Positions 1 to 12,642 of a stretch of DNA of 64,000 nucleotides are shown here, one piece after another; position 1 is the first letter of the stretch, and each line of letters opens with the position of its first letter. Origin of the DNA: Psilocybe cubensis (taxonomy: Eukaryota); contig CM039001.1 in assembly GCA_017499595.2 (NCBI GenBank), positions 3,534,001 through 3,598,000 on the forward strand, given 5' to 3'. Made by a program: the position numbers and the translations under genes. The notes beneath the pieces are model-generated. The model did not search any database. It had not been told where the DNA came from and saw only the letters and a list, made by a program, of their open reading frames with translations.

Positions 1-325
1 GAGTAACCGGCTGACGTCAACTGGCATTGTCGACATGAACTCTCTCACCCTCCACCAATCTTGTACCAATCAATGCACCAAATATTCGTTGCTGTCAAAC
101 TGTGTCAAACTGTTGGGCCATCCTATTGAGTAGCGCCACATCAACGATCAATGTTAAGAATAACTACTGCAATTCAGGGTGGCAACCAATAGTACACCGC
201 CAGACAAAGAGGGTCGATCACAAAGGCGAATAACCAGCCCCATTTAATAACAAGGTTTCCTTGGTAGCTTGGTAGTCATTGTTCCACCACCGATGCAAAA
301 ACAATAATTTGGCAAAGAGAGCAAG

Positions 326-1923
326 ATGCGGAATACATTTGATAAACATTATAAGCATCCATGTTGGACGCCTTCATCCCCACTTCAATTACAAATGCCA
401 TTGCAGTGGGCGCGACCCTCCTTCCCACTCTGGGAGGATGATCCAACTCCATCTGACCTCGAACCTTTAGGACCTGCACATGGCACAGCGCCAGATTCCA
501 ACGAGTAAGATGATGTTTCTTTTCTAAATCAGGACCCACATATTGATAGAAACCAGAGCAAATGCGATGCACGTAGACGCCGATCAGCACGAGGAGGAGG
601 AAGTAGTGGTGGAGCTATCAGTAGAGGGGGGAGAGGTGGATGTGAGGATGCGGCGCCCACCTGCTGCAAAACGGGGCATAAAAAGCAAGGAGGAAAATGT
701 AGTTCATGTGAGTTTGACCTTTTAAATTACGTCCAGTTATTCATATTCAACTATTTATTACAGTCGCTTATACGGGCGTTTCTTACCGACAAGAAGCTAA
801 TTAAACAAGATGGTCAAGAAGATCACTGTAACGAGGATGAGATCAACCCCCTTCCATCTTTCCCTACCTCCCCCGATGATTCTACAGTAAAATCATTCAT
901 GGCAATGCAAACTAATACGGGACCGCATCGACACAACCCATTGATCCTGTGGACCAGTCCGATGTCGCACCCATGGAACCAACAAGTGCTCTCTCATCTT
1001 CTCGACGACTTCCCACATTATGTCAAGGGAAAAAAGCTCCTCGAGTTAACCCAGTTGTTGAAAAAAAGTATCGGCGCAGACACCAACATATTGGAAATCC
1101 TAGACGCCATTGTGTCCCCTAGCAGTGTGAGGCAGATCCTGGAAAAGAAACTGGATGCCAGACGACAGGGAATGCAGGCTGCTATAAGACGGACCCACAG
1201 GATGCAGAGGCCCACGCCAATGTCTGTTCCACTTACAGATATCGAATTGCGTGCTCAAGTCAAAAAGCTCAAGATTGAAAATGATAGGCGCAACCGACGT
1301 AGAGAGCGAAGAAACATCGTCAGTGACGTTTTCTTTTTCTCTATCCTTTTTTTCTAACTTTATTGACAGAGGTATATTCGTCGCTTTGAAATCATAGAGG
1401 AACAAATAATGCTGGCGGCGGACGACGAAGCTCGTGATTTATGGCGGTCAATTCAGAAGTTCTATGCCCATTTCAGGAATGAGGATGTAAGCTCGGATGA
1501 ATCTGAAGGAGAATGTCGCCCACCGCTGGTTAAAGGTATAAGGCGTATCAGGCGGCATTGGATCTCCCCTGCCGTATCTGCAGTATGTCAACGTTTAGGC
1601 CTCTATTCGTCGGAGGAACTTAATTAATCATGCAAACTTAGGTTTTTCATTTCATCGACAAACACTACACATCGGAACATAGTACAGGGATGAAGAAGAG
1701 AGGGGCAGCGCCTTTGCCTCGTGATTTGGTGTCAACCACAGTGGATTTTCTTTCGAAGCCAAGGCCTGAACTTCCCGTCAATTTTTATTCATCCGAACTA
1801 ACGGCTGTGATCCTTCGTGGGTTGCGTCCCAAACCTGTGTTTCAAATCCCTCAGGTGAGATCTGTGACACTTCAGTGTTTGTACAAATTTGACGACTCCT
1901 AGATCCCTACTGGTGACCAATGA
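326..1923 (+). CDS. Spliced hypothetical protein, transposon accessory-ORF type (5' end uncertain)
   Basis: ORF pieces 543-725, 899-1357, 1409-1627 and 1690-1902 are linked by GT..AG introns (e.g. gtgagt at 708, gtgaga at 1855) and end IPTGDQ* at 1923. The VSSDESE..W and LPVNFY motifs resemble accessory proteins seen next to basidiomycete CACTA transposases (recalled, not searched). Confidence 0.45.
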
Positions 1924-2527
1924 CTTCATATCGTCTGCAGAGTTATTGGACTTAGGTAATTATTAAACTAAACTTGATTGCATTCGGACCTTGTATCCTA
2001 CACTGCGCTCACAATCCCTGCATTCAAGTCAAGAAATCAAAGAAGTCCTCCACTAACGCCAGTCTGTTTAATAAAACCGCGCCGGCGGGAGGGAAAGAGA
2101 CAATTCTTTGCCGAGCGTTGGCTGTAAATGATTACACAATCCGAAGGTCGCATTCATACTCCGTAAATTTTTGCAATATATGTCGATAGCCCTAACGCTC
2201 CTCGGTCAATAAAAATCCATGTATAATTATGGACAACTATGAGAAACATAGCACGGCGAATTGTCAGGAGATAAGCACGGTGTGGAGTATGGACAGTCAC
2301 TTTGACGACACAGGTGTTGTTGTTGTTTACGAGGTTACCAAACAGCCCTCAACAAAGCCGCCCGGTGTGTAGCAGCGGAAGACACCCGAAATCTTCCCTG
2401 TCCTACACAAGTCATTCACAAAGCGCGCAGTTGTGCTACGGGCGACTTGTTTCCAAGTACCCGGCTCGCTGATAAGCTCCTGTGCGACAAAAAATACGGG
2501 TTAAGATAACGTCTCTATAAAAGCAGT

Positions 2528-2815
2528 TTACATTGGAGGTATATACACTTCTACTTCGTCAAATGCGAGCAGCACATGGAACACAGAACAAGCCACTTTA
2601 GGCATGATTTCTTCATGTTTTAGGAGACGGCGGAGCAGGTCATAGCGATCGTCATCCACGGTAAGGTCCCACGACTCGTCTGGTATCATCTCCTTGACTT
2701 CCTGCAGCAAAATTCTCCTCCGCAGCCGTATCGCGAGGGGACAGTTTTTGCACTCCAGAAGAGCATGATATGGTGTTCATCCTCTACTGCGCCCATGCAG
2801 AATCTCCATCTGTTC
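2528..2815 (-). mobile_element. 3' relic of a non-LTR (LINE-like) retrotransposon ORF2, C-terminal Cys/His knuckle, frameshifted
   Basis: Minus strand reads RFCMGAVEDEH, then a 5-nt CATAT insertion, then HALLECKNCPLAIRLRRRILLQEVKEM...YIPPM*. This matches the CxxC..EDExHALLEC motif at the end of fungal LINE ORF2 proteins. Confidence 0.6.
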
Positions 2816-4526
2816 CCTGGACCTATTGGTCTATTGTAGATATGCAGTGGATCATGAGTCCGTCACCATGAGAATACACCGATTTCTGACGACGACCAAG
2901 TATGGGTATAGTTGGGATGTTGAATGAGCAGTTGAACAGTTTGACGGCAGACGGGAGTGAATGGAGGTTGATGGACATTGGGGCGAGGTACAACTGACTT
3001 ATAACTGTAAAGCTTAAAAGAACTTCCGGCTGCTCCCTAGCCAAGGCAGTGCGGGCCGCCCTGGCAGGTGTCACTTCCCCGAGTTATGCACACCCATATA
3101 CAATAAAACGGTTTCAATCCTGCGACAGCTGCCCCGCAGGCGGACAGACCCAAACGCAAGGCACTATTACCTCCACCTCCACCGGAAGCCTACACCGGGC
3201 CTATGTTGCATTTACTCCGATAAGATACTGGTGGTTCTGTATATAGTAGCTACTCTTGAGTTACCATTTTAGGCAAATAGCCCAAGGCAATCACTCGGCT
3301 TTCCCCTGTTTGCCAGTTTAAGGACAACACAATCACTCTGAAAATCTCAAACCCATAGTCGACTGTACAACTCATCATATTTAGCAAGTAGTATAGGTTA
3401 CAACAATGTATTAAGTTTGCACAACACGAATTTAAATATGCACTACAATTCACCCCACATAACATGGTCAAGTAATGAACAGTTTGATTCTCCAAGTCCC
3501 ACAAGTCTAAACTAACGCAGAAAACAACTACTCAAGCACGATTTCGAGATTCCTAATGACGTTCACAGCTATTTCATTGTTCAAATTCATAACCCCTTTC
3601 ACCCCCCCGGCCCTCGCAAGCGCAGCCGCCTCGGTGGCAACGCGCTTGAAGGCGCGACGACGGCCTTCGACATCGTCGATTCGTGGTTGAATGACTTCAC
3701 CCGAGGATGCACCGGTGGGGTAGGTAACGGCGTCGTTTGCGCAATAGAGGCGTCGTGCCAGGGCCAAGAGAGCGACGTTGCGACGATACGACTCGCGGTG
3801 GGCGAGATATCCACGGTCTGGGAACCGAGAGTTTTACCATAAACTGGCACACACAATACCAAAAAGTAGAACAATACGCACCTGATGTGGGGTGTCTGCT
3901 CTGTGAGTTTTCGCTGACTTGATTTTTCTCTGCTTTCGTTCTTCATTCAAAGCAGTCTAGCGTGTGTTGCCTATTCTAATTTAAGCGGAGGAGACTGGGA
4001 TCATCTGAACTACCCTTCCTACCGACATCGCCCTGGTCTCCAGTATATCCAAGAGAGCCTAAAACGGATCGAACAGCAAGCGCTCGACACAATTTGATCC
4101 ACGGAAAGTCGCTGCACTCACTGAAATCCCCTCCCTCCTCCTCGACAACGACGGCACTAACAGGCCTGCGTTCTACAAGTCAAACGTCAGCAAGTAGCAA
4201 ATCAAATAGAATCCGAAAATACACTTACCAGCGTCATTCATTGGAAACTCATTTGCCTGATACGTGGCTCGGAATGAGAATTGAGTGGCAAACCAGAGCG
4301 AGAACCGCAAGTCATATTTTTTCAATCAATCGGCGGCCAATCTACTGCTCCAATTGCCAGGATTTACTGCAAAGTACACTCCGGTATCGCCATTTTAACA
4401 CAGTACACTATTACTTGCGGCTTGGCATAATACTCCCAATACTCCACAGTGGCATCCAAGCGCTCCCGCCGTCAAGCGTCATGCTTTTCAGTTAGCGTCG
4501 ACTCCTTCCACTGGTCATAACTATCG

Positions 4527-5338
4527 TCATTGACAAGAAGTTTCGAATACCGTGGAATTTATTGGGCCCGGTATAATGTTGAAAAATCGAGTGGTGGCAA
4601 ACGTCCTAAGGGTATTCGACGCCGCAAAATCAAACCTGACCAATCTGTTTGTGGAATCTAGAAAAAATGTGATCTTAAGGGTACTCCCTTGCTACAATTT
4701 ATCCTTGTCGTCAGTATTATCTTGCAGTCATTAATGACGTGCTTACTGAAAATGTTCAGGCAGTAACAGGTCCGTAAATATCATCATGTTGAATTCCCTC
4801 AAACACTGCATTCGATTGTGCTAAAAAATTCTCCGGGAAAAGCTGAACAAAAGGCTTGACTCCATATTGATTACAGGAACCCAAAGTTGAATGGACAAAC
4901 AAAAAGGAAGAGCATACAGGCTCCGTTGCTCCGCCTACGAAGGACATAATGGAATTGGAGACTTGTGTACCATTCGCCGTGGTGTTTTTGAAGTCGAATA
5001 AGCTAACTTCCAATGACCCATCCACCGCTCCATCTACACGTATTTTTTGCTGGCTAGGGCTTACGTATATCTAAAGGAAATAGTTCAATCGATGCTGATG
5101 ACTTTTTTGAATAGGGGTTTCAATAATGCGCTCACAAAACCGCTGACTATATGATTTACGTTGACGTCCAATTTATGCTACAGAAATGGGATAGGTCATT
5201 CGTTATATTCGGAGGAGTTGGATTGACAAAGTCCGAGGAATAAAATTTTTGAATAGGTGCGATAGGGCTGTTTCCGCTGTTATGTGCACAGACTGCGGTG
5301 CTGAACACTACCACAAAAGAGATAAAATACGACAACAT
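4527..5338 (-). pseudogene. Small secreted fungal protein gene with a premature stop codon
   Basis: Signal-peptide-like start MLSYFISFVVVFSTAVCA. Spliced exons read HKLDVNVNHIVSGF / IYVSPSQQKIRVDG...YGPVTA*TFS / QGSTLKITFFLD...TTRFFNIIPGPINSTVFETSCQ*. An in-frame TGA at 4756-4758 lies 9 nt before a gtaagc donor (intron 4692-4746). Confidence 0.6.
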
Positions 5339-5729
5339 TGCGTGGTGCTTGACAAAGGATCTAATTAATAGTGAAAGAGGCGGAATCTGGGTGGATAATG
5401 TCTCCCTTTCAACGACTGGTCACTCTTTTTAAGGTCTAGCAGGTGTTTCGAAATCGCGTGCATTGGCAAGTCCGTGTTCTCCAAGTGCTGACGCGTACAG
5501 CCATTTTTTGGGCACTTATGCCGGTGAGTTGTCACCGACCGCAGTCTCTTCGTAGACCTCAAGAGGCTTCATGATTTTTTTATGCTGAGCTTCATCATCT
5601 CTAACGGATTGTTGTCAACGGCGCAGTCCGTCATTCGGTGCCGGTATTTTGAGCACCGTTGTCGCTCCCTACAGGCCTCACAGTGCACAAAGAGCTACGT
5701 TCGATGGCTGTCAACAACCAGCTGTTCTT

Positions 5730-6276
5730 ACCAGGGGGCACCCACCGGAGCTTACCGAGAAAACAACCCCTCCCTTGGATACGTCAGACCTGGAAAACAT
5801 GAGAAAGCAGATGGAGGAACTTGAGCGACAGTGTTACGGGGAGCAGAACCAGATACCATTCGAGTTACCGGACCTGTGTTTCCAATCCCCACGCCTTCCT
5901 CACGACCCTTTCTTGACGGTATACGACGACGACACGAATCAGCATAGCAGACGCACCTAATCCTCACTGTACCTATATCCAATTTCAACACGACGCACAA
6001 CTCTGTATCATCAGCCATCTAGCCATCACCCTGTGTTAATATATCTGTATCTGTATGTTCACTTGAAGTTAGATGAGGTTCGTCAATGCATCTGTACAAC
6101 CACCACCAAATTAATACTATATTTTTATTTATTAGTTACACTGTACCTATGACTGAGTATGAGTAATGCCGCCCATCGATCATAATTGTCGCAGCATTCC
6201 TTATCTGCAATGTTGCAACGCAGTAAGAACCAGGGGGCACCCACCGGAGCTTACCGAGAAAACAACCCCTCCCTTG
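5730..6276. repeat. 48-bp exact direct repeat (5730-5777 and 6229-6276)
   Basis: accagggggcacccaccggagcttaccgagaaaacaacccctcccttg occurs twice, 499 bp apart. Confidence 0.9.
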
Positions 6277-6558
6277 AGGTCAAGGGAGTGGCTGTGTTGC
6301 CGGGGCGGCAAACCCTGATAGTCACAGTAATGTCACCATTACTGATCTGTGTGGAGAGGTCTCAAAAGAGAGGAAGGACCTAGTGTAGGCGTATCTAACA
6401 CAGCTTAACATATTATGGATCCTAAACTATGTCGTATTTCTCATGGATCCTCAACAAGCAGGACTAATGTCTTCGTTATATACCTCTTTCACTAGGTCAC
6501 ACTGCCATCACGTTGTGGTGATTGCCCCCACGGCAACACAGCCACTCCCTTGACCTCA
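6275..6558. repeat. 28-bp perfect inverted repeat (6275-6302 / 6531-6558)
   Basis: tgaggtcaagggagtggctgtgttgccg is the reverse complement of cggcaacacagccactcccttgacctca, with an imperfect inward extension. No TSD seen. Confidence 0.85.
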
Positions 6559-7162
6559 CGGGCGTGGCAAAATCCTCGAGCTCAGACGCAGTTTTGGGAA
6601 CAAAGATATCGTCTGGAGATATCTCCCAACTCCCCAGCTCCATAAGCTGTTCGTCGGTAAGATTCCAGGTCATGTCACCTTCGAAGCTAGGAAACTTGTC
6701 GAAGACGGTGTCTGTTCCCATTTGCACGTCGGAAGAATCCTGTGTGGGATAGAGTCTGGGCAATTCAGATCCGGCAATTTGATCCAGCAAGGAATAAAAT
6801 TGGTGCTGCTCTTCTGACAAGGAGTCGGGTTGAAGAAATGGAGGCGAGACTGCATGTCATCGAATGGGAACGTCGACGTGGAGGCAAAATTGGAGAAATC
6901 ATTGTGCGCGAATGAGGTCTGCTCAGGGGTCGGGAGTGGGCATAGCTCATTGATGAGGTCCTCGAAACCTTTTCTGAAGTAGAAAGGCTTATCAGTCATT
7001 TTCATCTAAATAAGCTAAGAAAATACGGTCTCACTTTGCTTTGTTGATGATATCCTGCGACAGTGGGACAAATTCAAAGGGTTTGAGTTCTGTTTCAGAG
7101 GTCATCGCCCGAGGTTTAGAGCCTTGAGGAGAGAGTGGAACGTAGCGAACTCTAAAGGCCAT
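6497..7162 (-). CDS. Hypothetical protein inside the transposon, probably frameshifted or degenerate
   Basis: ATG near 7162, one gtgaga..tag intron (~6987-7034), then overlapping acidic ORFs 6670-7005 and 6497-6820 in different frames. Confidence 0.3.
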
Positions 7163-7886
7163 ATTGAGATATAATTAGTGAGGGAGGGTTTATGCTGTGA
7201 TGTAGGGTTTGATATTCCGATATTTATACATTCAAGGAGTGGCTACACTTATTGCATCCTTACAATGAGGCCAACTGGAAGCGAGAATATATTTGGATCA
7301 TTGACGCTTCTGACAAGCCATCGTAGCAATTGATAGGGAGAAAAACGCTGAAGATAAAGCGAAGAAGGAGAGGTTTAATTCGAATTTGATCCATTTTCTG
7401 CTTTAACTACTTCGGCGCGTGCAGATGTCTGATTAACTATTGATGGAACGCCCAATTTAGCCACACAGAACAGCGCGACTGAACGCGACCAACAGAGTCA
7501 TTACTAGTACCACAAATGGATGTTTGGATAGTCCTTGTACACATAGGCACTCTGTAGCATTGGCTAGTCGTTGTCTACTACATAGCCTCTGTTTAATTTT
7601 TTATAGAGCTGGGTGGCGCGCTGGTAAATCTACATATCAGATACGAGCCCGTTGGAAAAACAAGTCTTATGCCGACTCACCGCATAACAATTATTAGTGG
7701 CACCCCAATTCGAAGCTCACAGATTTAGATACAGTGTTCGATCACAATCAAACCACCAGCTCTGCTTTTCGTCGAAGTTACACGCTTTGCATTGCTAGAT
7801 AATCCATTTTACAGCCAACATATCTACTGCTTTGCTGCACATGAACGAAACGCCCTCGCTATTCCCTCCATAGAACAAACGAAACG

Positions 7887-10800
7887 TCAATAGTTCTGTG
7901 GCCGGTCTAAGTTACAGAATTCTCGTAGATAAAAGATACTCACCCTATCAACCGCCCTCATTGCTACAGACGAGGTATCCCATGGACGACGGTTTGCGTG
8001 GCAATGGATCTGAGAGCTCTTGATTATATGGAAGGTTGGCGACGGTTCGGTCGCAAAAATTGCAGCTCTAAAGTCGACATAGGGGGCAAATGGGTCCTTA
8101 GCAAGTTTGATAGGAATATAACAATGCACGACGGCAAAAATGTCAGTGATACTTTTGGGCCCGTGAAGATGTGTATGCCGGAAGATTCGGCGAATCTGTG
8201 CAGGAGCCAGGTCTTGAGATTCCGAGTTTGGACTAAAGTATATGACACTGTGCTTTTCTGATTGTAGATAGTCGGAAAATTGTAGGCTGCCCCGATAAAA
8301 CGAACTAAAGACCTCTATGGAATGCGGCGAAAAGTAAAGGTTGCTTCCAGGGATTCTAGAGGGGGTAAAGTTTGCGATGAACGATTGTTCCATATCTGCC
8401 ATCAGAGTTTCTCGACTGCGAAGACGACAGATGTCGGGGCCTAGGTAATCCAGCGGGTCTATTTGGGGGTATGGCAGGTCTGTTTCAAGTTCTGGAAGCT
8501 GATGGGCAAGCTCCCCAGACTCTAGATTCCTTCGTTTGGTATTAAATTCTTTCCAGGCTTCTTGGAGAGCCGGCGGACAATCATCTGTTCCAACCCAGCG
8601 TATTAGATTGGATCGTCTACAGAACGTTCTCATGGCAGTTTCCTCCATTTCTCCTGTGGCGATGGGATTCAATCCACAAAGATTCGATTTGTTAGATACA
8701 GAAAAAAACTCACCCGGCTTAGAATTTGTTTTGAATTTTTGCAACACTCCTATCAGCCTTTCCAACGGAAACGCCCATGTGCCATGCAAAGGTCCAAATA
8801 GGCGAAGGATATCCTGCATATGCAGGGCGTAATGGTGGACTGGCTTCAGTGCATAATCCGGAAACAGGTCTTGCACTCCAGAAAGATATCGGCTCATATA
8901 CATTGTGTATTTGTCTATGTGTTTGTTGGAGGTGCGTCTTGATAAGCCCCAGCTCAGGGCCATAGCGAGGTCAACGGTAAGAATGACGAGTTTATGAAGC
9001 TGGGAATCCCTCTGTAAAGAGCCAGAGGGCTTCTGGGTGGCCAAAATTTGAATGAGCGACACCGGTAAATCAAATTCAATCACCGTTCTCCACTGGTCGG
9101 CTTTTAATTTTCCATGGCTAGGAGATCCAAATTCTTTAGGGAGATTAGCTTGCCAGGATGGACGAAGGGTCAATTCCGAGTCCTGACGAATGCGGGACAG
9201 CATTTCTTTAGTTATGATGGGAATGGGCTTGTACTTTGTTTTCTTGATCGGTTGTTTGGCAGAATGGTTGTCTGCTTCGGTAGACATTGTACCCGGAGCG
9301 GCTTGCAAGGAAGGTGTGTTTCCTCCATCTAGTAGATTTGATAGTCCCATGTTTTCCGGTAAGTCAATCAAAGATAATCCTTTTGAAGAGACATCCTGGC
9401 CCTAAAAAGAGCGATGAGTGTGGAAAAAAGAATAATATTGATTAAACGAACCAATAATGCGCCAATATAATCTTTTTTCCGGCGACCATTCTTGTGCAAA
9501 GGCACGAAAACATCCCGTTCTTTACAAAGATGGCTTAAAGTCTTCATATCAAACTTATGCAACTGACTTGGTGATCCGGTAGAAAGGGCGGTTCGAGCTT
9601 TATCCATCAAGATGGGAGGAGGGGATGGCTCGTCGTTGTCGTCATCTTGTTCTGAGGGAAGACCTTTCATGTTGAGACCAAGCAGGTCCCTGCAATGACG
9701 AGGAACAACACCGAGAAGCAGAACATGGAGTCCGTCTGTTATCGCCCATCTGCTAGGTTGCCAGTACGGTAAGAGAAGCAACGCAGACCACCGAACGCCG
9801 TTTTTTCTGGCAAGAAGTTCTTGCTTCTTAAAAGATGACGCAGCCTTCCATTCTTCGGCGTGTATAATATGTTCGGCACGACTTAATGCAGGGGGCCATT
9901 TAACACAGTTCAAATTGTGAATCTGGTTTCGAGGCAGTCGGCATCTAGAGCAGAAGTAATTGCTGCTGTGAGAGATGTGCCCAGTAACCTTTTTAGACGC
10001 CAATGTGTCGGCAATGAGCGGAATGACTGCTGAACGACATACACGTCCATTGGCATATTTGAATGTACGGGAAAAGTAAGTGCCAGGATGATAGGAGGTG
10101 TTTAAATCATGCATAAGGGGTGTGATAAAGGGGTTGATCGCGTCAAGGGCAGGTTCTTGAGGGCCAGGGATAATTCCACATAGATAGATATTTTCTTCTG
10201 AGTATCGGATGTCTGGGGGAAGACTAAGACAAATCATTCCCACAACGCCAGTAGACACTATCTTTCCTGAGGCCTTGTTGGTGTGAGGATTGTACCAGTC
10301 TGTTGCAAGTGACCAAACAAGACGAAGTTCTGTGCCAGTGGCTCGAAGAAAAGGCTCGCCTGAGCGATCAAGAAAATCTCGAAGCTCACTGGAACCCATA
10401 ATGTCTGCAAGCTCTGTTTCGAGGGGACTGGATCCGGTTGTGCAGCTCTTTTTCATGTAAGACTCAATGGCGTCCTCTATTCCTGGTCTAGAAAGCATGG
10501 CAGCTACGTGATCGTTGAAGTGATGATATGAATATGGTTTTATGGGGGCTGGAGTCACTTTTCCACCTTTGGATGTAAAATCTCCTGCAAGGGATGCCCC
10601 GCATGGCTTACCGTATCTAACCTCGGTGCATTGTAAAGGATATTCCGGTATGTCTTCCTTGTGGAGAGTGGGGGGATACAGGGAACAACAGTTTAAATCA
10701 GGGCAAGTTGCATAAACAGTCACATCAGGCTCCAAATTGTCGAAAATTTTGTAAACGGTACGTATATCCTTTGGGCTATGTTTTGTTGCGGCAGAATCTA

Positions 10801-11008
10801 CCCTCGGCTGTTCTTTTGAGCCGTAGACTTCCTGCAGAATATGTTCCCGAACTTGCTTCGATCCAACCAGGGAAGAGCCAGATGCTGCCTGGGAGCTTCT
10901 GTGGAATAGGTTTTGTAAAAGCCCATTGAAAGACGAAACCAATGACGATGAAAGAATATTTTTAAATTTAGTCGCATTTTGAAAGTAACGACCTGCCACG
11001 ATCGACAT
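7887..11008 (-). CDS. CACTA/En-Spm transposase (Transposase_21-like plus DUF4218-like region), spliced
   Basis: Motifs LATDWYNP, LSLPPDIRYSEENIYLCGIIPGPQEP, PLIADTLASKKVTG, FCSRC, DGLHVLLLG, KLKADQW, KPVHHYALH and FGPLHGTWAFPLERLIGVLQ. An intron at ~9403-9451 joins ORFs 9368-11008 and 7887-9371 in frame (ALL/GQDVSSKG). The true 5' end and last exon are uncertain. Confidence 0.88.
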
Positions 11009-12642
11009 TAGATGGGTTTAACGCAACGTAAAAGAAGGAACCAACCCGTGTTATAGAACTCTGGAGTATCGGATTGTTGCGTTCTCCGAATGCCTTGAAG
11101 AGGTGAGAGAGAAAGTGCGTTTGAGAACTGACTTTGAATTTGATCAACGATGTCGGTCTCCGATGTGTGGATAACACCTATAATTCAGTCTAAGAAACAC
11201 ACTGGGCATATGGATTGTGCTATTATTATGAGTACCTTGTGCATTGATTTTATCAACCTCAACATTAGACGTTGGGGGAGACACCTTCACGACGGCATCG
11301 GAAGATACAAGGATTGAATTCTGACGGTGCCTTATTTCCGCAAGCGTGAGTTTGGATTTCTTGATGCTGGATGTCTCTGGCCGTTCTGCTGTCGAGGTTT
11401 GGACAATTTGGGGTGCTGGCGCTTAATGCATTGCGTTAATGTATAAGTATTTGGAGAGAATGTAGGGTGATCACTTCTCTGGAGCTCGGAACGTCCGTCA
11501 TCGTCATTTCTCAAGCTCTCTTGATACTCCGATATACGCCTCGCCCTCTCAGCAGCGCTCCTCCCTAGACGACGTGGTCAGCATATACGCAGATATTCGG
11601 AACGAGGGGCGACCTTTATGCATGTCGCTATCGTGGCTAGGATCAGGATCTAGGTGAGAGGTTACAACCAGTGGGGTTTGATTTGTCAGTGGTGATTAGT
11701 ATCATTATCCCTACAACATGCATGATCCATGAGGTCCATGACGGAATCAGCGTACCTAATATGGAAACTGCATCATGATATCCAGAGTGGGGGTCTCACC
11801 ACAAAAACCTGTAAAACCTCAGGCTCTAAGTTACCCGGACCAGGGAGATCTTTGCTCAGCGAAAGCGCTGGGTCAATTATTCGTATCTGTGAGGGAGCGG
11901 TGAGTCCCCCCGGAGTCGAGTCTTCAAGTTTCAGGGCCTTGGAGGCGGCCGGGGGACGGCAGGCATCCTTTTTAGAGTCCGAAAAACTGCTTTCCTACCT
12001 ACCATTGACCGAACTGAGATTCATAACATCATACAAGTGGGTAAAAATGATAAATTTGAGACTACAAATGGACTCACTACTGACTCGAACAAAAGAAGCA
12101 CTCTATTCAAAAAAAAAAAATCAAGGTAGGCTAAGGATCCAGCCGACGGATGGCGGGGATCGATAGCCGGACATCACGTGGGATCAGCCGGCGAAAGGCT
12201 CAAGAGCAGACAACTATTGGACCAGTTTGGGACCAGTACGGGTTAAGTACAGGCGCAGTACAAGACAGGTACTTGTTTATTATTTTATGAAGTTCATAAC
12301 TTTAAAATTTACGAGTGTTTTTGTAGATATCACAAAAGAATCAATTTATATTGAATGTTCAATTGTCTTCATCACAAGCGAGAAACAATTGCAACACATA
12401 ATATATTCGGTGGTCGTGGATTTCTAATTGTCCTAACTAAGCCTTTTAATACTAAATATTGACTTAGTTCGGATCGAAAAGTATAAATATGTGGTCATTT
12501 TCACTGATCGTGTAAATTCATTGTCACATTCGAATTTTAACAACTAATTTTTGAACACTTTTTCGCCCGTCGTTTAATCAATATTCCTAATCAAATTTTT
12601 TCTACATTTGTGACCATCAAAAATGAATTCTTGCGCGTAGTG

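Larger units (their letters stand above)
1..12642 (-). mobile_element. CACTA (En/Spm, CMC-type) DNA transposon, right-hand portion; the other terminus lies outside the window
   Basis: Contains a Transposase_21-like gene (7887-11008). An AT-rich subterminal tract (~12290-12630) ends in ...TTCTTGCGCGTAGTG at 12642 (reverse complement CACTACGCGCAAGAATTCATTTTTGA), followed by TAA as a candidate 3-bp TSD. The left extent is inferred from the TE-type accessory ORF at the start of the window. Confidence 0.65.
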
